Part shown: piece by piece, positions 8,801-19,378 of the stretch
How positions within the stretch are numbered: the first letter of the stretch is position 1
Layout: every line of letters begins with the position of its first letter
DNA from: Schizochytrium sp. TIO01
Lineage: Eukaryota > Protista > Bigyra: Labyrinthulomycetes
Assembly (NCBI GenBank): GCA_004764695.1
Contig: SMSO01000031.1
Span: 2,456,436-2,520,435 of the forward strand
DNA length: 64,000 bases
Direction: 5' to 3'
The notes under the pieces: generated by a model
What the model was told of the DNA's origin: nothing
Databases searched by the model: none
Seen by the model: only the letters and a program-made list of their open reading frames with translations
Program-made: the position numbers and the translations under genes

Positions 8801-11800
8801 GAACAGTGTCATGATGAAAAAGCGCCTGGCGCTTCAAGGCTTTTTTCTTTTGACATAGCCAATTGCGGTCGGAAAACATCACCTTCAATAGAAGCAGTTG
8901 TGCAATTATGTATAACGAATACAAACCGAGAAGTAGGGGGCTCGCAAATAGTCTCGAGGTGGATTAGCTCCCAGCTCACAACGCAAGCTCAACGATAGAG
9001 TACTCTGGCGTAAAATCACTTCATCTTAAGGCAGAATGTATCCCGGCTTTCGACAAAGCATGTGGCTTGAATTCAACACGCACTGACAAAAACCGTGTAT
9101 GCATTCTCTCTGCTGAGGAACTAAACAAATGGGGCAGGGCCAGCTCGCAGAACTGTTGGCGATGCGTACGAGTTGGAGAAAGGGAAATGAGTGGCAGTTC
9201 AGAGATTTCATAAGATCTACGAGAGTCTCAGCTCAACCTTGCTCGAGAAGACATCGTCGTTCTTGGTTCTTGTGCATTCTTTTCCAAGAGCATAAATAGT
9301 TGAGACCTTGAGTAAATTCAGAGTGGGCCCGAAGACCGCAGTTTGGTCAGAAAGCGACATCTTCTGTGCGGTGGTGGGACCAGAATCGCCGACTCGGAGA
9401 TGTCATACACCTCGCAACGAACAGTTTGAGAGATTAAAAACACGAATAAGATATCTCCTTCATCGTTCTTCAAGGCCAAAAGGTATGTTGTACTTCATTC
9501 CAGAGCACTTCATCTACACTTTACAAATAACTACATAGTCAATTGTGCTTCTTTCAGTGGTCAAGATGCAGAGGTTTCCTCAGAAACGTCGTCCATATAT
9601 TGTAAAATAGATTGCCATCTAATTCCGGAGGGTGCTGGTCTGCCAACCCTGAGACGTCTTGATGATTTCAGCACGATGCAAAGATTTAATTAAAATAATT
9701 ATAAAAAAACTTATGAGATTTATACGAAGAGCTCTGCCTCGAACAAGGACACCATGTGACGTATCATCATTGAGCAGCCTAAAAGACTAAATCCCTGTCA
9801 CCAAGAGATTACAATCCCTGCTTCGAAGAGGTTTAGAAGCCGTCACCGGACTGCGAGCGTACTTTAGGTTGAGAGACGCTGAAGTCCCGTTCCGACTGGC
9901 TGTTTGGGCGCTTGCATATCTGCAGAGGGAACCAAACTTTTAAAGCAGAGCTGAGCTAGAATCCGGGCGCTGCTCTGGGTAGGGTTTTGCGTTGTTCTCT
10001 AATATTCGCCTAATACTAGGCAGATCAAAAGACGCTTGCTAATGCGTTCAAAAGTGACATAGGCGAGTAAAATCATTGCTGGAAACCCAAGACCTATAGC
10101 GAAACGAAAGTGGGTGCTGCGTCAGCTGCTGCCGCGGGAGCACGCAGATCAACATGGACCTAGGAAGAAGAAGAATAAGTGATGGAAAGTCTCACAGGAA
10201 GCATGATCCTTTGTTAAGCAGCAAACAAAATGAAACAAAACAAACAACCTTTGAAAAAGTCCATTTCTTTATATTGATGGACTTTTTGAGAAACGAAAAT
10301 GCCGGCGTGGCTGAATTCGTTACGCTTCCTGGCTTTATGATAAGCGTCAAAGGTGGAGGAGAAGAGGAGCCGCCGCATTCTCGTCAAAAATCGTCACCTT
10401 CAAGAGTTAGGAGATACAGCAAGAATCACACAGTTTTGGAGAGGCTTTTTCCAGAGTCACAAGTAAGACCGAAGAAGAGCCAACCCGAGGATCTGCATAC
10501 AACGAACGAACTTCAGCAGATCGGGCTTAAAGCTCGCTTCCCGTCACTACAAGGCTACTAATCGCTCAAGATCGAGCTGACTCGAGCAGGCGCATGGCCT
10601 TCCGAATAAACGATCCTCAAGCTGACCTTCGTAAGCAAAAATCAATCAATTTTAAGTTAACCAAAAAAGAAAGCAAAAGAAATAAAAATATATAAATTTA
10701 AAGAAAGGAGGTCTGAAATATACGCCAATACTGCAGTAGTGCCAATGCCAGGAATGAAGAAAAACACAACTCTCAGTATTCGATCTAAAGAGCCCTGCGG
10801 AAGGGATGCGGTGGACAGGGCAGCGCCTGAGCGACCTTGTAGCGCCCCTTTAGGTCCAGGCACCCACCTGGTGAGCTCGAAGCCATGGATGCTTTCGTCG
10901 TTCAAACACGCACTGTCAAGCAGATCAAGAGCAATGAAGCAATTCGTAAATGAGCGAGCGAATGAATGAACAAATAAGCATCGAAGTACAACTAGTTAAA
11001 ACCCGTGCAGCGAAAGAAAGAACGCCAATAGCGTCAACCTGTTGTTTTCAGTGCATTGCATTGTGTTCTTTCTGAAGGCGGAGCTGCAATTCTTGTCATT
11101 CGCATGGTGAAGCCACTTATCGATCGTGGATAGAGAGCGAACAATTAAGTTTTCTTGTTCTTGCTTGCTTGCTTGAGCTAGCTAGCTAGCTAGCTAGCGA
11201 GTTAGCTGCCTGCCTGCCAGCCAATGCAGTTATCGTGGCTGATGAGGGTTTAAGGAAGACGTAGCCGAGAGGAAGAAGTGGCAAGAAGGAAGGAACCATC
11301 CAGAAAAACAGGAGTCGGTGGCGGATGGCCCATAAGCTTCCACCAAACTAACTTCGAAGAGAGAAAGACCCAACTCGTGCCTGCGTTCCGGCCTGTTACT
11401 CCCCAGCGCTCTCCTCACAGGTCATAAGGGTCAATTAGCAACGCAATTTACAACAGGCGCTCTCTCACTCACTCACTCACTCGATCACTCACTCACTCGA
11501 TCACTCGATCATTCCAAGTTCGCCCCTCGCGTGCTTCACCCGTCTCCGGCGAGGAAAACAAGATCTCAAGAAAAACGGCGCCCTGCAGGCTTGGCAATAG
11601 ACAATTAGATAGATAGAAGACCGAGCTCAACTACTATTGACGGAATGCTCGCTCCGACTATGGCTCATCTTGGCCAGCTTTGGACGACTTGGCTTGCTTC
11701 TTTCTCCTCAAACCCACCTCGATTGATCGATGGCTGCTCTGGTTTCTGCTGTTTCTTTCAGCTCTCTCTACTTGCCGGCAAGTTTATGAGGTAGCGTTGC

Positions 11801-12620
11801 TTTCGTTCGCTTTATTCAGCGCCCCCTTGTTTTATTTGTTCGAGAAAGCTAGCACACTTGCGTTTTAAAACGCACACGAGGCATTTAATTTGATTTTTGA
11901 TTTTCAGAGTGATGAAAATATATGAAACCTCTCTGGGCTCCTGCCCCAGCTTGCATCACCTCAGTGCTCATGGCAATACCTGCATATACTTCAAGGAGCA
12001 GAGTGAGCTCTCGCCATCGGTGAGGCTTTTTTTGCTCAGGTCCTCACTCGACAACGGTACTTCAATTTTTTTGCAAGAGGCGAAAACAAAATAGTGTTAT
12101 ACAGAGGAATGAGTGCATCCTACTTCTATTAGCAGTAGAGAGAGAGAGAGAGAGTTACCTGGTTGCTTTGAAAATATTTTTTAATCTGCTTTCTCTGGCG
12201 CGCACCCGTATACAGTGTGTCTTCCTCTCTGCTCTTCTCATCATTTCACATCACCTTTCTCGGCTGATGGTAACATATATTCTTTACTTGTTATAATTTT
12301 TTGTTTGGCTGGATTTTCTAATTAACCGAAGGAAACACGAGCTTTCAAAGAACAGTTCGCCGAGCCAGGCAGGACCTGTGCAGGCTGCCTCGCGAGGGGC
12401 AAAGTCCAAAAACCGTCACCACTATGCTGGCCGGTAGCTACCACGTGCGAAAGAACATCCTTTTCCAGCTCGGAGACCCAGATAAAGCTGACAAATTCTT
12501 GTGGTCTCGCAGCTGTTAACTTCCTCCGTCTCGAGACATCTGGCCTCCTCCCGCATTGGCCTTCCTGCTACCAAAGATATCTTTTCTGCGTAACTACTAG
12601 CCAGTAACAAAAGCTTGGAT
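5880..12620 (-). pseudogene. Decayed TPR-repeat relic(s), kinesin-light-chain/TPR_10-12 type, broken by AT-rich islands (approximate bounds)
   Basis: Minus-strand pieces: LASSYAE..EEARCLE (12422-12610), RRALGSNRPE..HELGLSLFE (11230-11418), LLNALASVF/AKPYPEQ (~10000), DQHP..FYNI (~9620), KRQALFHHDT (8700-8924), HALGTCYLE/SERMLVEAYELWKRVG/YAFALGQAGE (5950-6130). They resemble the LG.xHP.T...LA..Y...G...EA..L consensus. Confidence 0.55.
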
Positions 12621-12679
12621 GAAGTTCAAGTCGTTCGATGGCTAGTTCCTTACCTTCGTTCTCTTTGTTTTCTTAGGTT

Positions 12680-14746
12680 TTGTAGTCACTGATGAAAACA
12701 TCAAGGATAAAGAAGAAGTCATCATGTTATCGAGCCTGTCAAGGCTTCACCTTGAGATTGTAAGTCAGATCGGCTAACACTAGAACGGTGCTCAGAAAGA
12801 CCTCAGCGTGCTTTATGGTGTAAGAACCAGATCTGCCAACAAAGATTGTATCCCTTGAATTAGAGAAAGCACAATTGAGGCGAGAAGTATAGAGATAGTT
12901 TCTGATTGTGTGAATATTCTAGACAAGGTGTGCGAGCGAATGAATCTGGGAAAACTAAACTTGAGACGAACCAATGAGCGTATCAAAAACTTTCCGTTCT
13001 TTTTGTCAGACTAAAAGATCCTCCATATGCAACTGCGCCAATTTCTGTCGCCATGAACTTGGTGAGCTAGCGACGCTGCAAAATCTATCCAAACGCTTGG
13101 AAACGATCTTTTATGTAAGCAAACATAAAAGGTCAAAGTCGCACAGAAGTATTACCACATAAATATGTTTCTCACTCTTTCTAACAATTTTTGACGCCCA
13201 CGTTAACCTTGCCAAAACATTGTACTTGGCTTATTTACTCCTTGCTTTGCTGTACACGTGAAAGTGAGTTGAGATTGGCTCAATTCTCTACAAGTTATTG
13301 GCTTTGCATCAGGCTCTAAGAAGTAGCTCAAACCGCAAACCTAAAACATTATTTCCATCTCAGAATGTCGTGAATGTTGCTAAAGCCAAAACGTGTAAAT
13401 TGTGAACCAGTTTATGCGTTGGATCACCTTTAGATTACATTTGGTTGAACGTATAGCCGTGAATTCATCATCTGAGACATCTCATGCATTGCTCATTCAA
13501 ACCTGCAAATGGCGATCCGCAAATCGCTACACAAGATGTCTCTAGTATGCTCATTTTGAACCAAGCAGAACCAGAATGCTGCCAGGGGTTCTCTTCAACA
13601 CTTTTAAATCGACATTATGCTACAAACAAAACACAGCTTTCAATTTCGTAACCTAAAGGGAAAACACATATGGGCTGTTGTGTTTGTTTGCTTTTTTGGC
13701 GTGAGCGAGGGTAATGAACTCAAGTTGTATTCAAAGAACCTAGGTCAATATACTTCGATTCGCAAGTAATGGGGATGATTTGCTCAGTAGCAACTGAAGA
13801 ATAACTTGAACTAATGGTTCTAGTAGTCGTGTGCAGGAATCATTCTTTGTTATAGCTTATTCCTACGCGACTAACAAAATCTGTGTGAAGCCAGAGTTAG
13901 AACCAAAGAGAACAGTTTCTCCGCGGAAAGAATTTTTGTCAATTTTAATTGCAACTCGCCAAATCAATGTACAATACCGCAGCACTGTTTCACACCTGTA
14001 GGAGGGGCGTTCGGGCTACAGCAGTGGCTGATTTTAAAGCTTCAAAGCAAACAACGAATACAATGCATAGATACTACAGCTTATTGCTCTTTCCTCTCTA
14101 CCCTATACATATTAACACTTTACAGTAGCAACATGTCAAACATTGTCAAAAGTACAAACGCTGGGTAGTTCCTAGCTTGACTCATCTTCTGGTTTCGGTA
14201 TTTCGTTTCAAATTTTTAAAGACAAGACAACTAATACTTACCAAACCGAAATCCATGTGAATAAGTTAGTGTAAATTACATCAAGCATCGCTGATTCTAA
14301 AGTGGCTAGAGGTAGTCTCACTTAGTACCTAGTGCAAAGGGACAAAAGCTCAGTTAGGGTCTTCTGTTCTCTTTGAGACGTCAAGTTTGGCCGCAAGCAG
14401 CTGTTGGAAAATCGTACTCAACTTGTTCCAAGAGGTAGATGAAATAATTGAAAGTATTTTCCAAAGGCACAGAAACTGTTGTTTTGTTACATTGTAGCTA
14501 ATCTTCCGCTTTATTTGTTTGTTCTATCAATGGGTAGGTCGACAGTTTACCATCGAAGTGATATATTGCGGACTTTTCAATGTCATAAGCGTCTCTTCAG
14601 CTAGACTAAAGAACCGCGCCTGAGTACCCATGCATTGTTTACTCGTCTTTACTTTTTCAAGTTTGAAAAAAGTTCATAAGCGGGCCCCAATAAAGCGTAA
14701 AATGTTACTTTTTGTTTGACCCTCTGGACACTGTTCTTCTCTCTGG

Positions 14747-14779
<33 letters not shown>

Positions 14780-15800
14780 GGAAAGAGCTCTACTCAAATC
14801 CTTTCAAAGTGTTTCCACTCGTTCTCACTCTCTCCGAATCCCTTTGTCTCTCTCTCTCTCTCTCTCTCTTTCATTTCTTCCTTCAGAAAATCGACGCCCT
14901 GCAAAATTGTTTGCTTTCAGCTTTTGTTATCTTCAAGGATGGGTTTCGAGGGCTGTCTACCACAAACTACAATTTTGCTACTCATCCAGAATTTCTGCTT
15001 CGTTGGCCAAAGTATGACTACTGGCTGGACCTCGAGTCGAGGTTTTCGCTCAATTTTAGTTGTTTTGACATAAAAAATCGAGTTCGATGCCTTACTGCGC
15101 GAGGGTGCCAGGAAAGACTTTTTATATGCATGATCGATTCTCTTACAGCTCGATTGTTACGGTTGCCATGATGGTTTTTGGCTAGACGCTGAAGTGTACC
15201 GTATGTTTTGAAGCAACTTACTAAGAAAATTTCCCCTCTCCAAGAAGAGACAGAACCGAGGTTTTGGATGATAGAGGCTGCTCCCAACCTGCTCCAATTG
15301 CTGCTCGCTACCTGCTCGTCTGTTTGCATGCGCTGCATTGTTCGTCGTCTTGCTCGTAGATGCTCGAAAGGGTTGCATTTTGAAGTGCCGAGACAACTAC
15401 TCTTTCTTCGAAGCTTCCATTGCTTTGCAGATGAGGATAGATGAAGTAAACTTCGATGCTGGAGCTGTTTCTCTAATGACCTCTCAATTTTGTGTGATTT
15501 CTTTACTTCATTCTTTGCAGTAGCATGATGCAGCCAAGTGGATGCAAAAACAAGAAAAGATGGTTTAGAGAGGAAACCTGGCTAGAGAAGGGGAAGACCG
15601 AAATCCTCAAAAATAGCAAGGATATCGAGGACGAACCCTTTTGTTTCGCCGCCTTCTTTCAGTATTTTCCTAAAGTCATTATGCTGACTGCTTGAAGCAG
15701 CTCGGGCATATCATTATTCATAGCGTGATAGACCGACACCCGTGGTAACCCTGAGGCGAGACAATGTAAGCAGCGCCAATGCCGCGAGCCTCCCGCAATA
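12680..15800 (+). pseudogene. Decayed ankyrin-repeat coding relic (approximate bounds)
   Basis: DENIKDKEE (12691), YRAC/HLEIV (12729-12762), NGAQKD (12784), ALFHTCRRG (13982), LEVV/YLVQ (~14310), LLREGARKD (15092), SKGLHFEVPRQLL (15364), GRTLL/FAA (15629). Frequent indels and stops. Confidence 0.65.
14747..14776 (+). repeat. A30 homopolymer, followed by a (CT)n tract at ~14847-14868
   Basis: Read directly from the sequence. Confidence 0.95.
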
Positions 15801-16779
15801 GATTTATTTATCCCTCTGACTGATGAATTGCAGTGCAGCTTTTCTTTCTTATCGTTGACCTTCCAAAAGCCGTCTGCCTTCGTATTAGTAGCTAGGCAGT
15901 GTTATGCACTCGCTACTTGTCACTTTAGGCATTACTCTGTTCCTTCTTTTTATTTTTGTTTTTGTCTTTAATCGTGTTTACAAAGCAAGCAGGCAGACAA
16001 GAGCAGAAGAAGAAAAGAAGACCTTGCTGTCGCGTACGAACCCTTCCCACTCCCTATCAGCCTGGCCGCCTGAGTCGGCCTGATAACGTAGCAGTATCGG
16101 CAGCCTTTGTCCCAGCACTTGGCCTTCGTTCATCCCCGCGGCTCTCCGAGCAGCAGCTCTCTCTTCCACAGGAAGAAGAACTTGAAGAGTGCCGACCTGC
16201 TCATATACAGCCTCCTCCCATAGTACAGAATAGTACTGGTTGGAACCCTACTTGTCGTAGAAGGCCTAAATCTCTTAGGCATTAGAAGCGGCTAGTCCAC
16301 ATTAGTAACTTGAGCAGAATCAAACTTCTTTTCAAGCTTAGAGATGGTTCAATAGTGATGAGAGAATTGCTTTAGAAAAAAAGAATCTGTCTGTGTTTTT
16401 CTCCTTCGTATTCATGTGGGGAGAGAACCAACAGAAACCATGAAGAAGGACCATCTTTTATCTTTAAAAGAAAAACCTATATTATTCGCAGTTCTTCCTT
16501 TTTTTTTAATTAACTGGCCTCGTTCTAATTTTAATTTGTTTCTAGTTTTTGGAAGGAATAGTCGCCGACTCCCGACACGGGTCTGACTGAGAGGTACAAG
16601 AGTGGCTTGAGCTAAGAGTAAAGCAACCGTGGCAATCAACTCCTATTGGCAAGGCAAGCATTGAGGTTAGGTTCATCTTACTCTCGAGGCCCATTCGAAC
16701 ATGTAAACAAGGAGCCTCTTTGGCGTAAGGATACTGCAAAACAAGTGAATATCGCGCACCTCATTTCCCAAGAACAACG

Positions 16780-17740
16780 TCTTGCTGAAAGAGAGGTTTA
16801 AGATTATGCGATTAACACGGAGGTGAAGACTGGCGAATGCTTTCAGGAAATTTAGATTTCGAAATAGCCTCAGTTGAGTTGCAAAAGTTTCAAGCTGTTG
16901 GAGTTTGTTTATAATACATTCAGTCTAAGTTTGAAATTTTATTTCTGGTTTGCCTGAGAGAATTTGTCATGAAGTTTCCTTGAATCTTTGAATGATGTGG
17001 ACTGGACACAATTGTGGAATTAGACTAATGAGACCAGACAAGACAGACTTATGCGATCGATGTAGGCAGCTGATCCCAGGTTTATAAACGTGAGTGGTAG
17101 ATCACATATGTCTTATAAGACTCTGCAAATCTGTATCGATGCAAGCATACACTACTTATACTACGCATAGCGTCAATCAATGTACGAAAGAACTTTTGGC
17201 TTCTTCTTTCACCAAGGCATTGTCACCATGTTTCATTCGATGACAAACTGGCGATAGTAGGGGTACTCGAGATAGGAGGACGAGTTATCCACATTTGCAG
17301 TTTGAGATGGCTTCTTTATTCCCTTGCTTTTTGAGTAACAGTAGAAGCATGTTTGAAAACATTTTTCATCCATGGTGCCAGCGAACGTTCACCTGTTAAG
17401 AAAAACGATTCAAAAGGATCTCCGTTGCTGTTATTTGTATTGCTAACTATGGATTATATGCAACGTTAACTTCGCAGAACCACATCATGAAGGTAGTGAA
17501 TGTTGGATTTTGCATTGGTTACCCATGGCGAGACGAGGAAAAATAGACCAAGTATACATTTCTTGAACTCGCTACCAAAGAAACTTGTGTTTCTCAATTC
17601 AGTCCGACTAGCTTAATCTAATTCTACGGCCACGAAGACGCTCTGGTTAACTCAAACGGATGGCGCAGAAATGATCTTTGTCTATATGCAGAAAAGAAAT
17701 ATGTCCTTTGGATATAAAGCAACGAATATACAGTGCGATT
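16780..17740 (+). pseudogene. Decayed ankyrin-repeat coding relic (approximate bounds)
   Basis: WTGH/IVEL (~17000), G-ADPRFINVSGRS (17065-17105), DSKGSPL (~17407), LHWLPMARRGKIDQV (~17510), FSPTSLI*FYGHEDAL (17598-17645), DGAE, CPLDI (17702). Confidence 0.65.
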
Positions 17741-18099
17741 TCAAAAGATCAGATGAAAACGGTGGAGACGATGGTCGATTCGGTCATTCAGTCGAGCCAT
17801 GTTTCTGACCATGTTGTGGAGGTGTTGTCGCTCACCGAGAGAGTCTCCACATGGACGCGATTGACATTGACAGGTTGAGCGGCTCTGAAGAATACTAACC
17901 AGGACCAGATCACCACCGATTCTTCGCTTCCGCAAGACGTCTTGGGCGTCTAAAGTGAAGCAAGAGAGCTGATGCAGTTTAACGAGAATTTAATTAACTT
18001 TCTCGATTTTCTGTTGCAAAGGAAAGTGGCAAACACCGACGCGGAAGGCCAATGTTGGTCGATCTCCAATACATAAATCTGTAAGCCCCTTACATTTTG

Positions 18100-18470
18100 T
18101 GTATCATTCTGAATAAATCAACATCAAAAAGTATTGTACTTCGTCCTCATGTCAAAGATTGTATGAGCCATCAGCCAGCAGGACTTTCGTTCGTAGATTC
18201 TCTTCGCAGATTTGTAAGCACTGCTGAATAATGCTTTCTTGGTGACATGTTTGAAAGCAGACTAAAAGAGAAACGATAAAGATGATATGCCTCAACACTT
18301 TCGCTTCCTACCACAGTTCCTGAAATGAGATTACATTCTTTATAAATTGTACAGAAAGAGCCGGATTGTGGATGTTCTGCTGTAACATCTAGTTTCGTAG
18401 ACTCCTTTCTGAGGGTCCCTTCGAATTCTATTTTGTTTGAAATGATTACCAAATTGAACAAAATTTATGA
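18100..18470 (-). pseudogene. Decayed LRR fragment lying antisense between ankyrin relics
   Basis: ORF 18171-18461 contains SNKIE..GT, QSGSF, CNLIS, FSLLSNM and LTNLRR, which resemble typical-class LRR (LxxLxLxxNxI...F). Confidence 0.4.
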
Positions 18471-18559
18471 ATAGAAGAGGTATGACCGCTAGCAGTACAA
18501 ATTAGTCCTACTTAGCATAGCCTTCATGGTAACTAATCTTTTCTGTGACTTACCGTCAC

Positions 18560-19015
18560 TTGCTTATCATAAGGGTGTTTCCATTCTATTGAAACTTGAC
18601 CACATTATTTGCAGCAAGCGATGATGTCGTGCTGTAGGATATGCAACTCTGTAGTATCCTGATGATCTTTGAAGACCAAGACTATACCAAAAGATTATCT
18701 CCTCCTATAGACATTGACAGTATTGTAAGAGTGAAAGTCTTCAGTATGCAACTAAAATGTTATTTATCCAACTATGGTTTTGTCAGGTTTGCAAATTACT
18801 ATGAAAGTAAACTAGAATATGAAAGATTCAGTCCGTGTTAATGTTCGGCAGCTGTACTCGAGTTCGCTTGGTTGTGGCGCTGCTGCTAGCTGCACGCACA
18901 TGCAGCAAACAAGGAGTGGTCAGCAAGAAGAAGTGAATCATAAATTACTTTGAAAATACTACCGCCACGTTTTCAAATTTTGCATGCTATTTTGCATTTT
19001 CTGTCAGTCGTTTGC
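18560..19015 (+). pseudogene. Ankyrin relic, part left of the copia insertion
   Basis: FSP/LMF/AA...VVALLLAA (18826-18893). NFACYFAFSVSRL runs into the target-site duplication. Confidence 0.5.
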
Positions 19016-19222
19016 TATTGAAGTAATATACAGCTACTGTCTAACCTAACCTAACCTAACCTAATCTCCTGTCCGTTGGACTGACATCATGCATTCATCT
19101 CTACCTGTATGCAGACCTGAAACCCCGATAACTCATATATCATCCTCTTTCTCTTTCTCCTGAGTTCGTCATCCTTGTCAGACTACCTCTCCACGCTTCA
19201 CAGCACAGGCTACTCTGCAATA
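19016..19222 (+). repeat. 5' LTR (TATTG...CAATA)
   Basis: Matches 24239-24445 base for base by eye; 5-bp terminal inverted repeat; contains (CTAAC)4CTAA at 19041-19064. Confidence 0.97.
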
Positions 19223-19235
19223 GGTTATGGGCCCA
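19223..19235 (+). promoter_or_regulatory. Primer-binding site GGTTATGGGCCCA (complementary to the initiator tRNA-Met anticodon arm; half-tRNA priming)
   Basis: Directly abuts the 5' LTR. Its reverse complement TGGGCCCATAACC is the tRNA-iMet anticodon stem-loop, the PBS type used by Drosophila copia. Confidence 0.9.
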
Positions 19236-19378
19236 AGATACGCCAGGAAGACTCGAGCGTAACAACTCGTTTCCTAGACATCTTGAAGATCAGACGAGCT
19301 CAACATCAGAGATAGAGTAAATTTTTTCGAAATAAGACTTCCTACGGAAAACTATACTCAGCCCTCAAGCAAGTCAAC

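Noticed and set aside
12760-12783. GTAAGT...GCTAAC...TAG, resembling a 24-nt mini-intron
   Set aside because: Removing it would delete the ankyrin second helix between HLEI and NGAQKD, so it is more likely decayed coding sequence matching by chance.
19019-19219. Canonical TG...CA LTR boundaries
   Set aside because: The flanking TAT and ATA are present in both LTR copies, and the TSD, PBS and PPT abut the outer TA ends.
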